Of a stretch of 54,956 nt of DNA, positions 18,624 to 26,615 are shown piece after piece. The notes beneath the pieces were generated by a model that did no database searches, was not told where the DNA came from, and saw only the letters and a list, made by a program, of their open reading frames with translations. A program made the position numbers and the translations under genes. Source of the stretch: a virus (lineage: Duplodnaviria; Caudoviricetes). The DNA lies in the IMG/VR virus record IMGVR_UViG_3300037634_006492, positions 1 to 54,956 of that record; one strand, given 5' to 3'. The number at the start of each line of letters is the position of its first letter. Position 1 is the stretch's first letter.

Positions 18624-18839
18624 TTAGTTAGAAAGATCACTAACTGAAACATCACTAGGTGTGCTAATGATTGCCCAGTCATCAGTTTTTTCTTTTGCTA
18701 TAATGGCATACTCACTTTTATTAAATTTATCTTTAATATATTCGTAAGCCGTTTCTAAGGAACCGGGAGCCACAGAATTAATAATCGCTAAAATTATTGC
18801 TAAAGTTGTTAGTTTTTTTATTATTTTATACATAATCAT
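18624..18839 (-). CDS. Small membrane/secreted protein under a host-type promoter
   Basis: Hydrophobic LTTLAIILAIINSVA; start moved to ATG 18839 (or 18833) because a promoter overlaps the annotated TTG. Confidence 0.55.
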   Translation of the reverse strand: MIMYKIIKKLTTLAIILAIINSVAPGSLETAYEYIKDKFNKSEYAIIAKEKTDDWAIISTPSDVSVSDLSN

Positions 18840-18863
18840 CGTTTTTAATAGTTTAGTTATATA

Positions 18864-18895
18864 CAAATATACAAAAAATTTTTTAAACCACCAAA
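18864..18895 (-). promoter_or_regulatory. Bacteroidota housekeeping-type promoter
   Basis: Coding strand TTTG-N20-TATATTTG matches the -33 TTTG / -7 TAnnTTTG consensus. Confidence 0.7.
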
Positions 18896-18915
18896 TAATT
18901 TATTAAATAATTTAG

Positions 18916-19280
18916 TTCATTTATAGGCTCCAATCAATGGTTTCATTGAATGTAGAAGGATCTTCCGTCAAAGCTCCTGTAGTGAACTCTTCCTCATTAA
19001 AAATAGCTGAGTTATTTAATCGATCTAATGATTCTTTAGAAGATATATCATATTCTAATTTTTCTTTATAACTATCGGTTTGATATTCCAATGGTACTAG
19101 GTCAGCGTCTTCTAAAGCGACTTGTGACTTATTTTTATCATATGGCCTCCACCCTGATTTCCATGCTTTTTTAAGTAAAGTATTTTGGTCTCCAGTGCCA
19201 TCAGAACCAAATATTTGTTGAGTGAGTTCCCAGTCATATCCTTCTAATTTAACTATGCTAGAGATATTACCTTTTGCTGC
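18916..19280. repeat. Direct repeat copy 1 (3' end of cargo A), paired with 20746-21110
   Basis: Long near-identical DNA at offset 1830, e.g. ttcatttataggctccaatcaatgg and ttaagtaaagtattttggtctccagtgccatcagaaccaaatatttg. Confidence 0.92.
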
Positions 19281-20750
19281 GTCATCCGCTAACGTCCAAT
19301 CTCCGGGGATATAAGTGGTTTTAATAGAATTTATATACTGAATTGCGTTTGCCATATTTTCTTGAACTGCAGGAATAGTAACTAACTTGTTTATACCCTC
19401 AAGTAATACAAAGTAAGCCGTAACATCTTTTATATATTTTTTAATTGGGGCTGGTAAACTCTTCAAGTATGCTGCGTATGCCCTTTCAAGGTCACCACCA
19501 TTCAGATCCAAAAATTTTCGAACAAGAGTCTCATCTTTTATAAAAGCCTTATATTGATCTTGGGTTTGTGTAACCCACTTATTATATCTTGCAATTCGTT
19601 TTTTAGTGGCGTTTACACCACCTTCTTTCGCTATTTTAAAATAAGCGTTTATTTTACCAGCATTTTGATTAAATAACTTTTCCCCCAATTTCTCTTTAAG
19701 TTCCTTTTCCATTGCATTTCTGGTTATGGTTTGACCACCTTTTTGATATTTAATCGCATTATCAACAACGTGATCTATCTGTTTTAAAACATATTTATTC
19801 CCAATACTTCTTCTAACTAGAGTACCAAAAGGAATAAACGCAAATACTGCAGCAATACTGCCACTTACATTGTCTCCTTCAGCAAAATAAAGTGCAGAAT
19901 TTAATGCTTCCAGTCCCAAAGCAATGGGTAATCCAACACCACTAGCGTATGCAATAATTGCTAACACGTCCAGTGCTATATGCACCACCTCTGAACTCAA
20001 ATCAAGTTTCGATTGATTTAAATTCACCATTTCCCTAGTATTACGATAATATTCTTTTTCTCCTTGTGTCTGCAAATAATCATAATAAGGAGTTCCTATG
20101 TCGGGTCCAGTATATTGTGATATCACGGCCTGGTTATTTCCATGGTAACCAACGTTACTCTTGGATACACATCTACATTGAGCATATTTTTTGTCATCCC
20201 GCCACCAACCACCAGATGAAGCTGCATTTAATTCCCTTCCACTTACCATCACAGTTCTTGCAACTAATCCTTGGTTTTCACAATTTTTTATATGTTTAGG
20301 ATTACACTGATCACCATAAGGATTGGGAGTGTGTTTGACATTCATTGTGGATAGATCTATTGGTGCATTAACACCACCAGGCATGCTCATATCTGTTGAT
20401 GACCTGACGGCAGTATTGATATCTAGAGGTTCTACCTCAGTATTAAATTCATAGTTTGTATTTTTTAATTTTTCTTGAGCAACTTTTAATTGTGCCTTCT
20501 CATCATCTGATAGTGGTTTTTTCCTCTCCTGGTGATACTGCCCATATGAACTACCATATTTATCCACCCACAAACCACCACGTGTTGGAGCATCCAACCA
20601 TTGGGCAGATGACTGATCAAACCACTCTGGTGCCCCAGATAATTCAACATTAGGGACACTTTGATAATCTTCAGGGTTCATAATAAATTGTTCGGATAAA
20701 AGAAATATTCTCCTGTATTGATTCTCTGATATGATTAATTTCTTTTTCAT
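18921..20750 (-). CDS. Putative virion cargo protein A: leader, variable domain, pre-toxin-like hydrophobic hairpin, shared C-terminus
   Basis: Leader MKKKLIISENQYRRIFLLSE; HIALDVLAII...LEALNSALYFAEGD...FIPFG; C-terminal ~120 aa shared with 20751-22508. Confidence 0.6.
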   Translation of the reverse strand: MKKKLIISENQYRRIFLLSEQFIMNPEDYQSVPNVELSGAPEWFDQSSAQWLDAPTRGGLWVDKYGSSYGQYHQERKKPLSDDEKAQLKVAQEKLKNTNYEFNTEVEPLDINTAVRSSTDMSMPGGVNAPIDLSTMNVKHTPNPYGDQCNPKHIKNCENQGLVARTVMVSGRELNAASSGGWWRDDKKYAQCRCVSKSNVGYHGNNQAVISQYTGPDIGTPYYDYLQTQGEKEYYRNTREMVNLNQSKLDLSSEVVHIALDVLAIIAYASGVGLPIALGLEALNSALYFAEGDNVSGSIAAVFAFIPFGTLVRRSIGNKYVLKQIDHVVDNAIKYQKGGQTITRNAMEKELKEKLGEKLFNQNAGKINAYFKIAKEGGVNATKKRIARYNKWVTQTQDQYKAFIKDETLVRKFLDLNGGDLERAYAAYLKSLPAPIKKYIKDVTAYFVLLEGINKLVTIPAVQENMANAIQYINSIKTTYIPGDWTLADDAAKGNISSIVKLEGYDWELTQQIFGSDGTGDQNTLLKKAWKSGWRPYDKNKSQVALEDADLVPLEYQTDSYKEKLEYDISSKESLDRLNNSAIFNEEEFTTGALTEDPSTFNETIDWSL

Positions 20751-21110
20751 TTATAGGCTCCAATCAATGGTTCCATTAAATGTAGAAGGATCTTCAGTCA
20801 AAGGTCCTGTAGTGAACTCTTCCGCATTAAAAATAGCTGAGTTATTTAACCGCTCTAATGATTCTTCGGCAGAAGCCATATATGCAATTCTTTCTTTATA
20901 ACTATCGGTTTGGTATTCCAATGGTACTAGGTCAGCGTCTTCTAAAGCGACTGGTGACTTATTTTTATCATATGGCCTCCATCCTTCTTTCCACGCTTTT
21001 TTAAGTAAAGTATTTTGGTCTCCAGTGCCATCAGAACCAAATATTTGTTTAGTGAGTTCCCATTCATACCCCTCTTGTCGTACAATACTAGCAATATTAC
21101 CTTTTTCTGC
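20746..21110. repeat. Direct repeat copy 2 (3' end of cargo B)
   Basis: Near-identical to 18916-19280. Confidence 0.92.
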
Positions 21111-22508
21111 ATCGGTTCTTAAACTCCATTCTTTATAATCAGTTATGAGTCCCGGAGTATTTATTATTATTGTATATAAACCCAACCCTATCAAGGCTTC
21201 TTTAGTACCAGTTTTAAAAAGATAGGATAGATATGCTTTATAAATGTCACCACCATTCATTTTCATATATTTTTCAAATACTTGAGGTTTTGATACAAAA
21301 CTTTTCCATCGTGATTGAGATACCTTAATAACATTATTAATTTGTTTCGCTCCCTGAGCCGTACTTTTTGAACCTATTTTAGGGAGAACATTATTAAAAT
21401 AATTATCGAGGAGGTTTTTATTGCTCTTATACATTTTTTCTCCCATTTTTTCTTTAAGTTCTTTTTCTATAAATTCTTTGGTGGCTTTTTTCCCGGTTTC
21501 CTTTTGTGTTTTAACCATAATTTCCGTAACCTCATCTGCATATTTTAAAACTTTAGCTTGTTTAAGTGCCCCTCTTGCTACAAAACCCCCTGGGATAAGC
21601 ATTAACCCAAGAGAAATCCCCCCATTCACATAATCCCCCTCCTGAAAATAGTATACCGCATTTAGACCTTCCAACCCAACAGAAATAAAGGGACCAATAA
21701 CCGGAATCATAAGGGACGCCAGCGCTAAAATATCTATAATTTGATGTTTGTATTTGGTTAAAAACATTGATGTCTCTTCAAATGCTTTATCTAAACCTAA
21801 TGCTCTTACCGTAGGCATCTTTTTCCATGTAAGAACATCCATATACTTAAAAGGTCCAGGAAATGTTGGTATACCACCCTTTGGGGGTGTAAAGTCTTGT
21901 AGTGCCGCCTTCTCCCCTATTGTTTTTGATAGTGCCACATCTAATATAAAAATTGGATCAGTAGCTAAAAATTTACCATCCCCCATATCATACTTAAATG
22001 TATCACCATCCTCATCAGGAGATGTTTCATATTCCTCTTTTTCAGTACCTTCACCCTTTTTATATAGGTTTTCAAATTTAGAACGAAGACTACCTCCACT
22101 ACCATAATTATCAATTAATTCTTCCTTCATTTTATATAGTGTTACCGCATCGTTGTGGTGTAACCCTAATTCCATTGAAAGATCCGTGTACTTATCAAAT
22201 ACGTATTCTTTTTCTGCTCCAGATAATTTATTATACCAATGATGATTTCCCATCATTTTTAACATATCCGGAGTATAGGTATATTGAGGCGGGCCAGACT
22301 CCTTTTCTGCTTTTTCATAATTCTTAATTGATTTGTCCATTTTGGCTGCCTCAATGGCGCCGTGGTCGGAAGAGGTTGATGTAGTAGAGGAACTAGATCT
22401 AGATGGGGGGTTACCACTATGACCTATTGGTTGAGTATATCCCTTATCACCCATTTGTTCTAAGAGAAATATTTTTTTATATTGTCCTTCTGTTATTAAA
22501 ATTTTCAT
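20751..22508 (-). CDS. Putative virion cargo protein B, paralog of A
   Basis: Leader MKILITEGQYKKIFLLE; HQIIDILAL...IPVIG...LEGLNAVYYFQEGDYVNGGISLGLMLIPGG; same C-terminus ending TIDWSL. Confidence 0.6.
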   Translation of the reverse strand: MKILITEGQYKKIFLLEQMGDKGYTQPIGHSGNPPSRSSSSTTSTSSDHGAIEAAKMDKSIKNYEKAEKESGPPQYTYTPDMLKMMGNHHWYNKLSGAEKEYVFDKYTDLSMELGLHHNDAVTLYKMKEELIDNYGSGGSLRSKFENLYKKGEGTEKEEYETSPDEDGDTFKYDMGDGKFLATDPIFILDVALSKTIGEKAALQDFTPPKGGIPTFPGPFKYMDVLTWKKMPTVRALGLDKAFEETSMFLTKYKHQIIDILALASLMIPVIGPFISVGLEGLNAVYYFQEGDYVNGGISLGLMLIPGGFVARGALKQAKVLKYADEVTEIMVKTQKETGKKATKEFIEKELKEKMGEKMYKSNKNLLDNYFNNVLPKIGSKSTAQGAKQINNVIKVSQSRWKSFVSKPQVFEKYMKMNGGDIYKAYLSYLFKTGTKEALIGLGLYTIIINTPGLITDYKEWSLRTDAEKGNIASIVRQEGYEWELTKQIFGSDGTGDQNTLLKKAWKEGWRPYDKNKSPVALEDADLVPLEYQTDSYKERIAYMASAEESLERLNNSAIFNAEEFTTGPLTEDPSTFNGTIDWSL

Positions 22509-22536
22509 TAGTATTTAAATTTTAAAGAAAATTAGA

Positions 22537-24384
22537 TTAAGGACACCACTGATCAACTGCTTGTTTACACGCACTTAAATAGTCTGTAGCGGCCTCTTTA
22601 GAATACGCCGTTCCTTCTCCATATTTATAGTTACACCACCAAGTTTTAAATCCTTCTTTTCCATTATCATATTTATCATAGTCACCACTATCTCGTTTGG
22701 CTTGTGATAATACCGCTTGTTTCCATTGAGGTAAGTAGTTACACTGCATCCCCGTTTTAATTAATTTATTTTTTATATCCCCAACAATAATATCTAATGC
22801 AGTTTGATCAGGGTCTATCGCATTCACTTGTACTCCATCTTCTACCATTTCCTCCAAGTTCTCCTTAGTCATTTCCCAATCCAAATGAAGATTTTCAGCA
22901 AACCATTTACATAACTGCGGGTCATTAGTTAATTGCTCTGCCACTTGATCTTTAAATAATTTTATTTCTTCATCTAGACTAAGTTTTTTTGCTCCATAAT
23001 CAATTAAAGTTCTAAACCAGTTCTGCTCTATTGCCTCCTCTTTATACTGTTCAATGGGTCCATCAGGACCTTTAAGTGATTCACAATCTGGATATTTTTC
23101 TTGAATGGCAGCCCAGTCACAACTTAGTGTTCCATTTACTGTTTTTTGATTTCCCGCATCTTCACATACACGATTAATAAGCCATTTTTTAAAGTTTTCT
23201 TTTTGTATATTTACTTCCCTATCCTTCAAATTGAATGTCCAATCGTCTAAATATGCAATTCCGCGTGGAATAGTTAGTGAGGAACCCTTAACATAATGTG
23301 CTAAACAACTCGGGACAAAGTAAGTCAAGGTTGTTTTATCTATCTCCACTGGTCCTAACCCCTCCTCGCTACCTTTCTTATAATAATTTGCTATTACCTC
23401 CGCTAGTGGTTCACTTAGACATTCATAAATTCCCCACCACATTGGCGCTTGAGCTAACGATACTCTATATTTTTTACCTGTTAATAATTTTGATTGTAAC
23501 AACTTTCTACCCCAACCCCATTTTTCTAACTGTCTAGTTATTGGAGGAATATCAAATCTAAAGAATAATGTTTTTAGACCTGCCTTCACAGTTTTAAATG
23601 ACCATAACCCCAACTTCGCAGCCTTCTCCATATTAGATCCTTTAAATAGTTCCTTCAAACCACTTTCGGTCATATCATCAGCATTCTTGGTTACTGCATT
23701 TACTAAATCATCAACCCCACGTAAATCACCAGGACTCATAGTTGTCAACATTTTAAAATATGCGTCTATATCTACTTTAGTTAAATCTTCCAACGCTTTA
23801 GCTAATTGGGATTCTCCTAAAATTTTATTAATTTTAGTACTATTAAATACTAAATGGGCAAAATCAGTAATATCTTGCGGAGTAAGAGAAGTACTTTTCG
23901 CTATTGCATTAATATCTTTAGCAATTATAGTGGCATTATCTCCTCTAGCCACCCCCCTTAATATTAAAGCTTGCATGTTTACTAACATATTTCTCATACT
24001 ACCGATATCAGGACCATCCAAAGGAATTTTAGCCAATTTAAATACTTTAGTAATGTTATCTGCCACACTCATATTTTTTGCTAACCCCTTCGCAATATCC
24101 ATAATTTCCTGTGCTTGTTTTGCTGCTAGTATTCCACTTTCCGGTAGCTTACTTAAAGCTTTATTTACCTTTCCAATATAAGATTTACTTATTAAAGTAA
24201 GGGCTAGGTCCGGAGTTTCTTTACTCGCAGTTTTAACGGCTTGCCATAATGCTTTCCATCCAGCCCCTTCTGTGATAACTTTTTTCTTAGGTGGAGAATC
24301 TATTAAATTCCCATAAAGTCTTTCTTCACTCATTAAAGATTTCATTCTTTTAATCTCTTCGTTTAATGTTAATACCTTTTTCAT
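22537..24384 (-). CDS. Putative virion cargo protein C: leader, GAGWKALWQ helical module, Cys-containing C-terminal region
   Basis: Leader MKKVLTLNEEIKRMKSLMSEERLYGNLI...VITE; N-terminal module shared with 26616-27893. Confidence 0.6.
   Translation of the reverse strand: MKKVLTLNEEIKRMKSLMSEERLYGNLIDSPPKKKVITEGAGWKALWQAVKTASKETPDLALTLISKSYIGKVNKALSKLPESGILAAKQAQEIMDIAKGLAKNMSVADNITKVFKLAKIPLDGPDIGSMRNMLVNMQALILRGVARGDNATIIAKDINAIAKSTSLTPQDITDFAHLVFNSTKINKILGESQLAKALEDLTKVDIDAYFKMLTTMSPGDLRGVDDLVNAVTKNADDMTESGLKELFKGSNMEKAAKLGLWSFKTVKAGLKTLFFRFDIPPITRQLEKWGWGRKLLQSKLLTGKKYRVSLAQAPMWWGIYECLSEPLAEVIANYYKKGSEEGLGPVEIDKTTLTYFVPSCLAHYVKGSSLTIPRGIAYLDDWTFNLKDREVNIQKENFKKWLINRVCEDAGNQKTVNGTLSCDWAAIQEKYPDCESLKGPDGPIEQYKEEAIEQNWFRTLIDYGAKKLSLDEEIKLFKDQVAEQLTNDPQLCKWFAENLHLDWEMTKENLEEMVEDGVQVNAIDPDQTALDIIVGDIKNKLIKTGMQCNYLPQWKQAVLSQAKRDSGDYDKYDNGKEGFKTWWCNYKYGEGTAYSKEAATDYLSACKQAVDQWCP
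23815..24273. repeat. Module shared with 27345-27806
   Basis: Identical blocks 24229-24273 = 27762-27806 (45 bp) and 23883-23952 = 27413-27482 (70 bp). Confidence 0.9.
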
Positions 24385-24407
24385 TTTTTAATTTTTTATA
24401 TTAATTA

Positions 24408-25145
24408 TTATACGTGACAGGCGTCTGTACTCACGTTATTATTCGCCGCTATTTTATCACCCATATCTTTTATGTACCCACTTTCCTCTATTCCGGTTAA
24501 TTCCTCTAAAAACGCAACCGTAGGTTGTCCACTCCTTGGTTCCCCACCATAGGTACAGGGGGGGTTTGTATTACTACTATCAAAAATTTTCTTTCCCCAT
24601 TGTCTGGTAGCTGGGGCTGGTTGACCAGTTGGTAAGTAACATCTATCATATACTAAATCTTTATAAGTGATACCATCAGTGGTCTTCCCTTTATAACCAA
24701 TAAATTTTATTATACCAATATTAACCATAGATACTTCATCACCATTCTCCCAGTAAATATACACTGTCCCATCAGCCTTAATTGTACCCCTAATAGCATT
24801 CCCCATCATAACTTTTGGTGTTATAAGTAATGAACAAGATGGTTTATCTGTTATCTCAACTCTAGCTGCGGGAGTAGCACTTTCTAGATGTTTAACTTGT
24901 TCATTTGCATTTTTAAGAATAACATTCATAGGGTCATTTAAACAAGCTAATAATTTTCCCCGTTGTGTTCTCGCCCCCACGGAACTAGGTTGTGCCACAA
25001 TATATCCTAAATTTTCTAAATAGTCAGATGCTTCTTGTGCACTACTACACTGTTCATTAATAAGATTACCATATAATCTTTCCTCCTCGAACAAAGATCT
25101 CATTCGTTCTATTTGTTCAGTAATATTTTTAAATTTAGGTTTCAT
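24408..25145 (-). CDS. Putative virion cargo protein D
   Basis: Leader NITEQIERMRSLFEEERLYGNLINE closely matches that of cargo C; remainder unrelated; TATTTATA motif upstream. Confidence 0.6.
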   Translation of the reverse strand: MKPKFKNITEQIERMRSLFEEERLYGNLINEQCSSAQEASDYLENLGYIVAQPSSVGARTQRGKLLACLNDPMNVILKNANEQVKHLESATPAARVEITDKPSCSLLITPKVMMGNAIRGTIKADGTVYIYWENGDEVSMVNIGIIKFIGYKGKTTDGITYKDLVYDRCYLPTGQPAPATRQWGKKIFDSSNTNPPCTYGGEPRSGQPTVAFLEELTGIEESGYIKDMGDKIAANNNVSTDACHV

Positions 25146-25179
25146 TTATAGTATTTTTATATAAATATTAATCGGCAAT

Positions 25180-25203
25180 AAAAAAGCCACCCTGGGTGGC
25201 TTT
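25180..25203 (-). terminator. Rho-independent terminator after the tail tube gene
   Basis: AAAGCCACC-CTG-GGTGGCTTT hairpin with a T run on the minus strand. Confidence 0.8.
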
Positions 25204-25240
25204 ATATAATAATTTTTTAAAAATATTTTTTAAAATATTA

Positions 25241-25729
25241 TTAAAATACATTAATAGCTCTATCGAATCTAAAAGTAAGAGTAATATCTGCTAAATCACT
25301 TGAATTATAATCTAATCCCCCAAAATCAGCATCATTAATTTGAGTTCCTTGTAAAATCCATTTTTGTACCACTACACCAGTAGGATCTAACATCTCTAAT
25401 TCTACATCCTTTTTATATCCTGCCGCATATCCTTGTCTTCCTGTTACGGATTCAGAATGTAATCTTATCCACTCCATTAATGCTTGAGTTGCGGAAGGAC
25501 CAATAGGATCTCTAAATGCTACGGAAATAGTTTCCCATCTAAATCTACCTATTACATAAGTTTCGGTATTAAGAAAAGGTATTGCCACCTCATCACTAGT
25601 ATATTTTGGCCGTGAACCTGTAGAAACCCACCATTCTTGAATTCCTAAATCATCTGGAAATCTGAAGATAAATCTATTTTTCCTCAATGGTTCGTAAGGA
25701 ACCGGCATTCTCATTAATAAATCTGCCAT
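25241..25729 (-). CDS. Tail tube protein (T4 gp19-like)
   Basis: EPLRKNRF, W.TISVAFRDPIGPSATQALMEW, YKKDVELEMLDPTGVVVQKWILQG, LDYNSSDLADITLTFRFD. Confidence 0.9.
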   Translation of the reverse strand: MADLLMRMPVPYEPLRKNRFIFRFPDDLGIQEWWVSTGSRPKYTSDEVAIPFLNTETYVIGRFRWETISVAFRDPIGPSATQALMEWIRLHSESVTGRQGYAAGYKKDVELEMLDPTGVVVQKWILQGTQINDADFGGLDYNSSDLADITLTFRFDRAINVF

Positions 25730-25793
25730 CTTTTTATTTTTTTAATTTAATGTTTTATTCTTTATATTATAAATATTCAGCTTTTGAAAAAAA

Positions 25794-26612
25794 TTACTTC
25801 TTTATTATAATTCTTTTTTTCTTAGGGTTGTAAGGGTCCGATGTATCATATACTAAAAACCTCACATCAGGGTATAATCCTTTTAATGTTTCTTCTATAT
25901 ATTTTTCTGCTGAGTCTACATTTCCAAGATCATCATCACTAAATCCTATACTTAAACCCGTAAATTCACTCTCATCTTTTATTTTATCTACTTCTTTAAC
26001 CACCCTATCTACAAAATCTTTTAATGCTAATGTTTTGGATATTTCAGGATCACTAGCTTCCGCTTTTATATTAAATTTTTCCATAAACGCATCAGAAGAA
26101 ATAGGATAGTAATTTTGTAAATTAAGATATTGATCAATAGAGGTTCCATATAAATTTGCCTTCATCTGAGATTTTTCTTCATCACTTAACTCCTCCTCTA
26201 TTATTATTTTAATTGCATCTTTAATCGCATTAGGGGGATTTCCCCTAGCCGTAATAATAGAAAAATCACTTCCATAAGATAGTGCCTCTTTAAATTTATC
26301 AAAACTAGGACCATATTTATTATTTTTTAAAGACTCTTTTGTATCATTAATAAATGCATCATAACTTCTAAAATCCACAAATGAAGAAAAGGGATTATTA
26401 TTTACATATCTAAATTTATCTCCTATTAATTTTCTAATATCTCTAAACTCTTCAGTAGATACCGATATTGGTACCCACCCTTTACCTGCTTTTTTCTCCA
26501 AATAAATTCTGGTAGGCATTATTAATATATTATCGTCCCAATCAAATGAATAAGCTCTTTTTTGGAATTCTAATAATAATTTATGTTGATATTCTGTTAG
26601 TTTAAGTTTCAT
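25794..26612 (-). CDS. HAD-superfamily phosphatase/nucleotidase with cargo-type leader
   Basis: Motif I SFDWDDNI, motif II IITARG, motif IV GFSDDD..N; leader MKLKLTEYQHKLLLE. Confidence 0.72.
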   Translation of the reverse strand: MKLKLTEYQHKLLLEFQKRAYSFDWDDNILIMPTRIYLEKKAGKGWVPISVSTEEFRDIRKLIGDKFRYVNNNPFSSFVDFRSYDAFINDTKESLKNNKYGPSFDKFKEALSYGSDFSIITARGNPPNAIKDAIKIIIEEELSDEEKSQMKANLYGTSIDQYLNLQNYYPISSDAFMEKFNIKAEASDPEISKTLALKDFVDRVVKEVDKIKDESEFTGLSIGFSDDDLGNVDSAEKYIEETLKGLYPDVRFLVYDTSDPYNPKKKRIIIKK

Positions 26613-26615
26613 ATT

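Noticed and set aside
18916-21110. Diversity-generating retroelement TR/VR pair at gene 3' ends
   Set aside because: Mismatches include C/T, G/T and G/C changes rather than adenine-specific ones, both copies are coding, and no reverse transcriptase is in the window.
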